DNA of 52,035 nucleotides from a virus, in IMG/VR virus record IMGVR_UViG_3300037297_000161, positions 1 through 52,035 of that record; one strand, written 5' to 3'. A program made the translations under genes and the position numbers. This document shows, piece after piece, positions 42,271 through 49,845 of the stretch. Under the pieces are notes generated by a model, which saw nothing but the letters and a program-made list of their open reading frames with translations, ran no database searches and was not told the origin of the DNA. The first letter of the stretch is position 1; each line of letters starts with the position of its first letter.

Positions 42271-42572
42271 CGGCGCGCCTTTTTGGTGATCTGATCCAGT
42301 GCTCGCCAATTCTGAGAGTACAGGACTCCTACCAAATGGCACATGAGCTCCTCATGCGATCGTACCGACGTCAGCAGATGGATTGCCGCGTGCATGGCCT
42401 CATGAGCCAGAGTAGACCGCAGCATCTCCGGCGACAGGCCAGCACTTACAACGATCTTCTGAGCCTCGATGTCGTACCAGCCCCAAGCGCTTCGATCCAG
42501 CATGCTCCGGCGTGACACCTCATACACAGGCACTGTCACACCAGCAAATTGAAGCTCTCCGAGTCGGCGCAT
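42267..42572 (-). CDS. small HExxH protein (minimal zincin-like)
   Basis: 101 aa; QKIVVSAGLSPEMLRSTLAHEAMHAAIH, the same local pattern as the lipoprotein at 22504-23037. Confidence 0.45.
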   Translation of the reverse strand: MRRLGELQFAGVTVPVYEVSRRSMLDRSAWGWYDIEAQKIVVSAGLSPEMLRSTLAHEAMHAAIHLLTSVRSHEELMCHLVGVLYSQNWRALDQITKKARR

Positions 42573-43754
42573 CTACTTGACCACTTGCGCCGGGCGGATC
42601 GCCGGGCTATTGACGGGCACCACGCGGCTGCTGCCGATAATGCCACACTCGCGATCCCATACATCAGCGCGCAACTCATGGTAATCCCAATGCCATGTAC
42701 TCAGCCACGCGCTGTTTGGGGTAGCCGACCGTACAGCCTCGACCACACAGCCAGGTTTGATGATGTACCGCTCCCTGTGTTGGTGCCCAGTGTAGATCTG
42801 GCGATAGTACGTGTCGCCCCAGTCCTTGGCGTAGTGAGCTGACAGCATGCCAGGGATATTCTCGGGCTTACCTTGATCTCCGTGCGCCGCTCCGATGAGA
42901 CAACGGCCATAACGCACGGCCTGGATCGCGGAGGGATCAATGGACACGTTTACACGTGGCTCATCCCGGTACACGGCATAGAGAGCCGCCGCCAGCATTG
43001 CCCCTGCGCCTCGATCATGGTTGCCGGCCAGGCAATAGACATAGACCTCTTCATGCTTCTGGAGCAATCGATCCACAAAGTACAAGAACATGCGGATCCC
43101 TACCTTGCAGAGCTTCGGCCACCGTCCATCCTCATCCTGTGGCGTTCCTTTGGTGGTGCTCATATCCGGGCCGTCCACGTTGAAGTAGTCGCCAAGATTG
43201 ACCACGGCTGCTTTTTTTGTTCGTGGCGTGCTCTGGACAAGACGATCGAACATGTCCGTATACCGGGCCTCAGCGATACTCAGGTCGAACGATTCACCGG
43301 TCTCGGTGGCCCAGGCCAACATGCCGATGTGCGCATCCGCGATCTTGTACCAAGTGAAGCGGTCCTCGAACAGCCCAACGGGTTTGTGCAATGGAGCCAG
43401 GCGTCGCGCTGATGTATCTGTGATCTCTTCGAGTGCTTCCCGCAGGAGCTCGAATTGTTGTTGTCGGTCCGCAGATGTTTTGACCCACGTTAACACGACC
43501 TCACCGTCCGCATTGAGGCAGGTCGAGACACCACGAAGGTGGTACCCAGACGGAGCAGCATCGGAGTGTAACGACGGCTCTGCCCGAGCTACTCGCCGAG
43601 CTAGCCCGCGCAGTGTCTTCCCTATGACATCACGGCTGACCTGCAGAGCACTCTCGGCCGCTCTGATCGATCCGTGCTTCATCACCGCAGCGAGGTACTC
43701 TTTCTGTCTCTCGGTAGCGTACTTGAGGTAGAGAGGATTGGTGTAGTCCATCAA
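42573..43754 (-). CDS. metallophosphoesterase with N-terminal HTH domain
   Basis: 393 aa; calcineurin-like motifs DAHIG, GDYFN, GNHD, GHQH; N-terminal ERQKEYLAAVMKHGSIRAAESALQVSRDVIGKTLRGLARRV resembles LuxR/sigma region 4 HTH. Confidence 0.7.
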   Translation of the reverse strand: MMDYTNPLYLKYATERQKEYLAAVMKHGSIRAAESALQVSRDVIGKTLRGLARRVARAEPSLHSDAAPSGYHLRGVSTCLNADGEVVLTWVKTSADRQQQFELLREALEEITDTSARRLAPLHKPVGLFEDRFTWYKIADAHIGMLAWATETGESFDLSIAEARYTDMFDRLVQSTPRTKKAAVVNLGDYFNVDGPDMSTTKGTPQDEDGRWPKLCKVGIRMFLYFVDRLLQKHEEVYVYCLAGNHDRGAGAMLAAALYAVYRDEPRVNVSIDPSAIQAVRYGRCLIGAAHGDQGKPENIPGMLSAHYAKDWGDTYYRQIYTGHQHRERYIIKPGCVVEAVRSATPNSAWLSTWHWDYHELRADVWDRECGIIGSSRVVPVNSPAIRPAQVVK

Positions 43755-44141
43755 CTACCTCTCAAAACGTGACCGGTACTGCTGCAGCCACATCATCGCA
43801 CCCGCCAGCGAAGACTCCACATGAACTCGTGGATCAAAGTAGAACGGCGAATCTGGGAAGCTCTTACCGTCTGGCCACCTTTCACCAACCAGCAGAACAT
43901 GCTTGCCGAGTCCGAGAGCGTAACCCATCTCGGTATGAGCCCCAAGACGACCGGGTAGAATCAGCATAAGCAAGTCCGCCTCCCGCACCCCGCGCAAATC
44001 TCGCTCCGAGATCCAGGCTGGATCCGAGTCTTCATCCTCATCAGTCCAATCGCAGGTGATCTCCCATCCCGGTGGAAGCATCGAAACAGCTCGCCGGAAT
44101 TCATCGCGGTTGTACCAGCTAGTGGCGATATAGATCTTCAT
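43755..44141 (-). CDS. nucleoside 2-deoxyribosyltransferase-like protein
   Basis: Track ORF trimmed to ATG 44141 (ATGA overlap); MKIYIATSW .. GAHTEMGYALGLGKHVLLV pattern of the NDT/Rcl superfamily. Confidence 0.6.
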   Translation of the reverse strand: MKIYIATSWYNRDEFRRAVSMLPPGWEITCDWTDEDEDSDPAWISERDLRGVREADLLMLILPGRLGAHTEMGYALGLGKHVLLVGERWPDGKSFPDSPFYFDPRVHVESSLAGAMMWLQQYRSRFER

Positions 44142-44536
44142 GCGGCTCCATCCTCTCGGCCCATGTAGTAAGCCTGGTTGAGCAGTTCGTACAGATCCGA
44201 TATGTCGAGCAATGTCTGACTCGCGGTGATCTCTTGCAGGCAAGCCAGCACTTTTGCGGACAACAAATCACATGCCCGTCGCACCAGCTCTTCAAGCCGG
44301 GATTTCTCGAGCCCAGAAATCCTCTTCGCGTCGTACTCGCGCGCCCGGCCCAAGGCATAGCACAGGCCAAAATACGGTACCACAACGCGCCCGTCAACAC
44401 ACACGTTGCCGCCGGTGTGAAAAAGAATGGCCCGCTGAATCTCCTGGTGCACGGCGCGCATAAAAGCCTCACGCACACGCAGCAGCGCCAGATCCTCGGC
44501 CGCGGTGGTGTACTGTTCGCCGTTGATTTCAGACAT
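44138..44536 (-). CDS. hypothetical protein
   Basis: Track ORF trimmed to ATG 44536; 132 aa; start uncertain (weak SD). Confidence 0.45.
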   Translation of the reverse strand: MSEINGEQYTTAAEDLALLRVREAFMRAVHQEIQRAILFHTGGNVCVDGRVVVPYFGLCYALGRAREYDAKRISGLEKSRLEELVRRACDLLSAKVLACLQEITASQTLLDISDLYELLNQAYYMGREDGAA

Positions 44537-44756
44537 CGGTGCCCCATCGCGCATGTGTGGACGGAGGCAGACGCCGCAACGCGCGCGTCTCTCGCTCAAG
44601 AGCACAGAGGGGGCACTCGTAGTCACCGTACCAGATAGCGCACTCCTCACACCAATACGGCGTGAGCTCCCGACGATGCTGGCGCCGAGCGCGCAGCCAC
44701 ACCGTCACAAACATTAACACCCACGCCCACAGCAAGATCAAGAAAAAGACAAGCAC
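44529..44756 (-). CDS. small membrane-anchored zinc-ribbon protein
   Basis: 75 aa; N-terminal TM segment LVFFLILLWAWVLMFVTVWL followed by CEEC..CPLC. Confidence 0.5.
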   Translation of the reverse strand: MLVFFLILLWAWVLMFVTVWLRARRQHRRELTPYWCEECAIWYGDYECPLCALERETRALRRLPPSTHARWGTDV

Positions 44757-44770
44757 GACCCGCCTCCTGC

Positions 44771-45175
44771 TCAGTTACGTCGAGGCGCCCACGAGTCAAA
44801 GAGCTCCTGCGCGATACGATCGCCCCTGCTAAGGCGATCCGTCGTCGCATAGTACCGAGCCTTGGACACAGGATCAATGCGATCCACCAAGCGCAACTTA
44901 CCGTCCGGTTCAGCCCGCTTGATGAGACGCAGCCCTCGCATCGGGTACTTTCGGATGTACCCGACGTCAGCGAGATAAAAACGATAAATGTCCCCGGCCA
45001 CGGTCTTTGCCACAACAATGCTGCGTCCGAACTCCTGTTGTTCGATGCTCGTCACCTTGGCCCGACGCCAATTGCCTGTCGCGCCGCGATCTTGGACACC
45101 TCCGGCGTTCCACCTCGAGTTGAATCCGTCCGGGGCGAGCTCGAACTCAATCACGTCGCCGGTCTGGAGGATCAT
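44771..45175 (-). CDS. hypothetical protein
   Basis: 134 aa; ATGA overlap with the upstream gene. Confidence 0.5.
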   Translation of the reverse strand: MILQTGDVIEFELAPDGFNSRWNAGGVQDRGATGNWRRAKVTSIEQQEFGRSIVVAKTVAGDIYRFYLADVGYIRKYPMRGLRLIKRAEPDGKLRLVDRIDPVSKARYYATTDRLSRGDRIAQELFDSWAPRRN

Positions 45176-45561
45176 TGGGTTCCCTCGTTCAGTTTCTTGC
45201 AGAGAGCCTCGAGCTCGGCGCGGCAGGCCTCGAACAGCTTCTTGACCAAAGCTTCGATCTCTGTGTCCCTGTCACGAATGGATACATTGCCGCTCAGTGT
45301 TTCAACGATGAAGGGCCTTGACTCCGGCGCTGCTTCGACCAACTCAAGGTAACCCGGCTCGCCGTAGCGAGCTCGCGGATCATCTGGCTGCGGCCACAGC
45401 CACCCGGCTACCCGGAAGGTATGGTTCGCTGACCTCATATCGACGATGCCTACTTCCCAGTGCCCGTTGCTGCCTTTCCCGCGTATGTGATCAAAATTCC
45501 ATAGCGGCCTGTTATCAGTGCTGTACCACCTGACCTTGTCACCGACTCTGAACTGTCTCAT
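45172..45561 (-). CDS. hypothetical protein
   Basis: 129 aa; preceded by the CACAAGAGGTGGATC-ATG initiation unit. Confidence 0.55.
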   Translation of the reverse strand: MRQFRVGDKVRWYSTDNRPLWNFDHIRGKGSNGHWEVGIVDMRSANHTFRVAGWLWPQPDDPRARYGEPGYLELVEAAPESRPFIVETLSGNVSIRDRDTEIEALVKKLFEACRAELEALCKKLNEGTQ

Positions 45562-45583
45562 GATCCACCTCTTGTGATTCCCC

Positions 45584-46375
45584 TCACAACGCCCCGCACT
45601 CGAGCGCCACGAAGCACTCGGCGAGGATCCACTCGTCGGGGGAAAATGGTCTCATACAAGAATATGGATCTTCCCGAGATTCATCTTGAAAGAGATCCCA
45701 TGGGCAATCGCGACAACGATGCCCAACAGGTTCACATGGAAGAACCCAACCCGACAGGTTAGACATTTCTTCACGCACAGCCTCACGTACTTCATCGCTG
45801 TACGCCCGTTCTGGCATGTTCGTCATTTGATCCACCTCTGTGACAGGTGCCGCCGGAACCATCCAGACGCTTGCGGATGCCGGCCGCCGGGGATCATGGA
45901 GAGCATCTATGTATCCAGCATACACGGCTTCTCGCCCCACGTACAGACCCGGCACAAACATCCGCATGCCGCTCTGGTCATTCCGCAGCTCCAACCGCCA
46001 TTGTGTGTGTTCAGGATATGCGATCAGCGACTGCAGCGCCTCTTTGACCGTGGCACCAACTGCAATCAGATCTAGTCGCCCAGGACATACACATCGGACC
46101 ATGACCGGAGCACCTGGAGGGTCGCGTCGGATGATGTCAAGGGCCCCTAGCGCCAATGCTTGTTCTCGGATCGCGGCATCAATGCTCGCAAGATCCTCCG
46201 CGGGCGCTTCTGCTGATCTCTGGTCAGTCATTTGATCCACCTCTTGTGCATGATGACCTAACCGGCCATCGGTGTCAACCGTTTTCTTGTGCTCGCCAAA
46301 GGTCTGATCCCAGCGCCGCTGCAGCTCACGCCCGGGCACCTGTGCCGGGCGGCGCTTCGATCCTTTTCCGTTCAT
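45584..46375 (-). CDS. hypothetical protein with two additional in-frame SD-ATG initiation units (46231, 45826)
   Basis: Track ORF trimmed to ATG 46375 (ATGA overlap); 263 aa. The internal starts would give 215-aa and 80-aa products. N-terminus MNGKGSKRRPAQVPGRELQRRWDQTFG resembles a common small phage protein. Confidence 0.55.
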   Translation of the reverse strand: MNGKGSKRRPAQVPGRELQRRWDQTFGEHKKTVDTDGRLGHHAQEVDQMTDQRSAEAPAEDLASIDAAIREQALALGALDIIRRDPPGAPVMVRCVCPGRLDLIAVGATVKEALQSLIAYPEHTQWRLELRNDQSGMRMFVPGLYVGREAVYAGYIDALHDPRRPASASVWMVPAAPVTEVDQMTNMPERAYSDEVREAVREEMSNLSGWVLPCEPVGHRCRDCPWDLFQDESREDPYSCMRPFSPDEWILAECFVALECGAL

Positions 46376-46629
46376 GGTGCTACCTCGTGAGCGCACTCCG
46401 AGCACCGTTTCCGACCTCCTGTCCAGGCATTATACGTAGGGTTCGGATCTCCAGGAAGCACCTCGATGTATGGGGGTATTGGCGCGGACTCGGACGGGCT
46501 AGTGTGCTTGCGGCTCTCTGTGTACAGACAGTGACCACACTCAAGCCACAGGAGCGCCGCAAAGCCGTAGGACGCTCGCATCGACCAGTCAATTTCCACC
46601 GCCAACACTTTCCGTAACGGACCCTTCAT
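46372..46629 (-). CDS. small zinc-finger protein
   Basis: Track ORF trimmed to ATG 46629 behind GAGAGGTGAGAG; 85 aa; CGHC .. CSEC. Confidence 0.5.
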   Translation of the reverse strand: MKGPLRKVLAVEIDWSMRASYGFAALLWLECGHCLYTESRKHTSPSESAPIPPYIEVLPGDPNPTYNAWTGGRKRCSECAHEVAP

Positions 46630-46633
46630 TCTC

Positions 46634-49057
46634 TCACCTCTCGTACTGTCGACACATGGCCTCGACTTGCTGCAACGCCCGATCCAGATCTGCGACAAGG
46701 CCATGGAGTTCATTTGCGGCCTTGAGCTGCTCCAGATCGATCACATACGCATCGACGCGCCCACGCTTCAGGTGTAGTTTCTGTCGTTTCTTCCCGACGG
46801 CCAATGACGCGATCGCTTTGCCGATCATGTTAGGGCTCGGCTTCCGGTAATCTGCCAGGTACGCGCTCCATTCACGAAATACAGCTTTGCCGTTGACGCG
46901 TAGCTCTCCGCGGGTAACCTCGATAGGTGCATGCTTGGCTACCACTACGCCCGGCTCGGCCAGAAAACTCAAGAGCCAGTGCAGCACATCACGCGCCGTT
47001 CCGGTATGACTCGACAGCGCGGCTCGAAGGGCCCCTTCCTCCTGCCGCACAGCAAAGCGTCGACCCGGATTGCGCACCTTCCAGTGCTCCGACAACCAGA
47101 GCACGTGTTGCGCCAGGTGTCGTTTATCGAGCCACTCTCTCTGGATCTCCGGCTGCGGATGCTTTCCGAGCTCCTCCGCGCCAGCATTCATGTCGATGTA
47201 CACTAACCGTTCGGCGAACGCGTCTCGATCGTCCGGGCCCATGTCCTCGTTGGTCTCCAGCACATCGACCGAGTTGGCCGCCACAATCAATCGGAGGAAC
47301 CCGTGGAGCTCTACTCGAGTACGGTACTTTTCATTCAACTCGCGCACCCGCTCGGTGAGGAACCGGCGCAGGAACGTCGTACCTTCTTTGCGGTACTGCG
47401 GGGCGGCTTTTTCATCCATGAGCACAATAGGGCAAGCGCACAGCGTCTTAGCGTTGAACTCATGGAAAGCGGCCTCGGCAGGGGCCGGTCCATGGGCATA
47501 GATCTGAGCAATACCATTCGCAAGTAGAGTTTTACCGGTGCCTCCTTTACCAATCATCACAAGCGCAGGGAGCATGAGATCATGGTGCGGCATCTGAGAG
47601 ACCATGTCGATGAGGAAATCCCCACAGCACTCGAGCCACCGCTGGATCTCCGGATGCTCCGCTGGTTCAACTCGTGCCTCACCTACCTGCATGAGGATCG
47701 TTCTGCGCAGGGGATCCCACCCACCTTGCGGTCGTGTCAGATCGTAGACGACGGCATCGATGACTGTGCCATAATCATACACGAACTGTGCTGAATTTTT
47801 CTTCTGGAGATGAGGTCCGTTTTTGCCTTCAATCTCGAAGTTATCCTCGACGTGCCGCCCAAATACCGCCAGGCGATTACGTGCCGCGGGCAAGATATTC
47901 CCGATCTGCACAGGGCTCGGATCATACGTACCATTTGGCCTCAGGAAGTACACGTCCTTGTTGAGGATGGCGCAAGCATGCTGCCACCACTGCGGCCCAT
48001 AGACCTCGGCAAGATGCGCGATCTCTTCTTCCGTGATCGTTGTGGTTCGTTGCCCTTGCGTAAGTTGCTCCGCCTTGGCGTCCGCTTGCTCTTGCGCCCA
48101 GGCCTCGGCATAGTCTTGACAACGCGCGATCATCCCCGAGAGCTCTTCGAGGTCATACTTACTATCCGGACTCACGAGATCCCAGCCCGGCGTCGCCTCG
48201 ATGAACACTTTGGCGATATCATCTGAAGATGCATTCGGCCACGTGCGGCCGATGATGGTCGCCAGATCGTACAGCGCTTGGTTCCGCTTACCTTCCCCTA
48301 CCGGAATGCTCTGCTGGCCTGTGAGGATGGCTTTGGCAATCGCGCCGCTGTTCTGTGTGCGCTGATAGCGTGAATTTACCCACCGGGAGGCCTGCTGCAG
48401 GATGGCTGTGCGATTTGGGGCCACGCCGTCACGCACTTTGCGCACCGGCGCTACCCAGGATCGCGACACAGCCCCAAGGTCTTGCCCAAAGGCTATGAGC
48501 TCGTCCGTGCACAGCGGCTCTCCCTCATTCAACCACCGAGCCGCAGATTGGCTATGTGAGGTCGGCGCGCTGGGGAGGTAGTACCCTCGCGAGGGAGGTT
48601 CCGCTGTGCACGGATCGATCTTTCCTTGACAGAGCTCCTGCATGGCTCGCCAGACCATCGGCCACTCGTCAGGGGCGTACTCGTCCGTCAGCTCGAAAAT
48701 GAGCCGGTAGCAGCCCAGCTCGTGCTTCCTGGGCGTGAGATGGCTGTGGCTCGTGTGGATGATGCAGCTCGTACCCTTCAGCTCGGCCCACAGGGCCTCA
48801 GCTGCGGCCGGCTCAAGCTCGTCTACATCCGCCACGAAAATGCGCGACATGCGGGCGATATAATGAGCTGCCCGGTACCTTTCCGTCCACTCTGCAACGG
48901 GTACGATCAGATCATGGGCGGTTTTGTCGTCGTTGATTGAAAAGCTGGCATCGATCTGAGCAAAAAGCGCACGCATGTCGGGCACACTGCAATCGTGCAG
49001 AATATAAGGGAAATTGACGCTGTCGTTGATCGTAAACCGGATTGGGTCTGTCATCAT
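46634..49057 (-). CDS. primase-helicase (AEP/PrimPol-like N-terminus, D5/P4-type SF3 helicase C-terminus)
   Basis: Track ORF trimmed to ATG 49057; FVADVDE and IIHTSHSH primase-type motifs; Walker A GKGGTGKT, Walker B IVLMDE. Confidence 0.8.
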   Translation of the reverse strand: MMTDPIRFTINDSVNFPYILHDCSVPDMRALFAQIDASFSINDDKTAHDLIVPVAEWTERYRAAHYIARMSRIFVADVDELEPAAAEALWAELKGTSCIIHTSHSHLTPRKHELGCYRLIFELTDEYAPDEWPMVWRAMQELCQGKIDPCTAEPPSRGYYLPSAPTSHSQSAARWLNEGEPLCTDELIAFGQDLGAVSRSWVAPVRKVRDGVAPNRTAILQQASRWVNSRYQRTQNSGAIAKAILTGQQSIPVGEGKRNQALYDLATIIGRTWPNASSDDIAKVFIEATPGWDLVSPDSKYDLEELSGMIARCQDYAEAWAQEQADAKAEQLTQGQRTTTITEEEIAHLAEVYGPQWWQHACAILNKDVYFLRPNGTYDPSPVQIGNILPAARNRLAVFGRHVEDNFEIEGKNGPHLQKKNSAQFVYDYGTVIDAVVYDLTRPQGGWDPLRRTILMQVGEARVEPAEHPEIQRWLECCGDFLIDMVSQMPHHDLMLPALVMIGKGGTGKTLLANGIAQIYAHGPAPAEAAFHEFNAKTLCACPIVLMDEKAAPQYRKEGTTFLRRFLTERVRELNEKYRTRVELHGFLRLIVAANSVDVLETNEDMGPDDRDAFAERLVYIDMNAGAEELGKHPQPEIQREWLDKRHLAQHVLWLSEHWKVRNPGRRFAVRQEEGALRAALSSHTGTARDVLHWLLSFLAEPGVVVAKHAPIEVTRGELRVNGKAVFREWSAYLADYRKPSPNMIGKAIASLAVGKKRQKLHLKRGRVDAYVIDLEQLKAANELHGLVADLDRALQQVEAMCRQYER

Positions 49058-49134
49058 GAATGCCTCACATAGCTGAGGATCACGGTACACGGCCCGGGGC
49101 TCGAGTGCAAGGCCAGGGTCCAATGATTTTGACC

Positions 49135-49158
49135 GTCTGGATGTCTGGACGTCCAGAC
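49135..49158. promoter_or_regulatory. GTCTGGA-T-GTCTGGAC|GTCCAGAC: 16-bp perfect palindrome with an extra direct half-site
   Basis: Lies in the 103-nt gap between the RHH-like gene stop (49161) and the primase-helicase start (49057). Confidence 0.4.
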
Positions 49159-49160
49159 GT

Positions 49161-49385
49161 CTACAGGTGCTCGCCCTTGAGCATGCGCCCGAACAGAGCA
49201 ACGGGCTTGGTCAGACCTCCGCACAGCTGCTCAGCAGCAGCCCGGTCCGGACATTGGCCCTCGAGATGCAGCACGACCAGAGATGTGAGGATGTGCCAGT
49301 CAGACCACCCGATACGTCGGACACTTTTGATCCGACTGATGGCCTGGTGCAGCTCCTCCGGCATTTCGAATTGTCCTTTTCTCAT
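49161..49385 (-). CDS. ribbon-helix-helix-like regulator candidate, first gene of the leftward arm
   Basis: Track ORF trimmed to ATG 49385 behind AAGGAG; 74 aa; MRKGQFEMPEELHQAISRIK fits a beta-strand plus helix RHH start. Confidence 0.4.
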   Translation of the reverse strand: MRKGQFEMPEELHQAISRIKSVRRIGWSDWHILTSLVVLHLEGQCPDRAAAEQLCGGLTKPVALFGRMLKGEHL

Positions 49386-49408
49386 ATGAATGATCTCCTT
49401 TATATCAC

Positions 49409-49436
49409 ATAGTATCGTGCTGGTGCCTGCTGTCAA
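49409..49436 (-). promoter_or_regulatory. sigma70-like promoter TTGACA-16 nt-TACTAT for the leftward arm
   Basis: Read on the - strand: gggcTTGACAgcaggcaccagcacgaTACTATgtgatataAAGGAGatcattcatATG. Confidence 0.55.
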
Positions 49437-49487
49437 GCCCGGCACGTCCGTAAAACTCGGCAGGTTCTACCGCGAATTCGCGCTACT

Positions 49488-49516
49488 TTCGCACCGAGGC
49501 TGCGAAGAATTTTTTT
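49488..49516 (+). terminator. hairpin plus T-run (TTCGCA-7 nt-TGCGAA-GAA-TTTTTTT)
   Basis: 6-bp stem only; oriented for + strand RNA although no + strand gene lies upstream; preceded by the palindrome CGCGAATTCGCG (49471-49482). Confidence 0.3.
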
Positions 49517-49551
49517 CAACGATTACGGGCCGCTCTCTCCTATTTCGCATA

Positions 49552-49579
49552 TTAGCATTAAATTTAAAAATAATATAAT
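49552..49579 (+). promoter_or_regulatory. sigma70-like promoter TTAGCA-16 nt-TATAAT
   Basis: Perfect -10 hexamer in the AT-rich core; would give a ~260-nt leader before the 49846 gene. Confidence 0.4.
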
Positions 49580-49797
49580 AGGTACGTGATCATATGCTAT
49601 GGGAGAGAGGGAGCAAGAGGGGGAGAGACGGTCGACCTGCTGCGAACGGGCGAAATTGGCAATAGTTCAATGTTTCTGCCAGACTATGGTGCTAACCTAT
49701 ATGCTAATCGCTGAGAAAAATTAAGACAGTTTAATGTTTTCGCGGTGTTACAATGAAAAGCTAGATGCGAGGTGGCGGCAGGCCAGAGCCAAAATGC

Positions 49798-49825
49798 TTG
49801 ACATTGCCTTGTCGTCTGGTACCAT
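49798..49825 (+). promoter_or_regulatory. sigma70-like promoter TTGACA-16 nt-TACCAT for the 49846 gene
   Basis: Same geometry as the leftward promoter; followed by AGGAGGTGATCT-ATG. Confidence 0.5.
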
Positions 49826-49845
49826 GCCCGGAAAGGAGGTGATCT

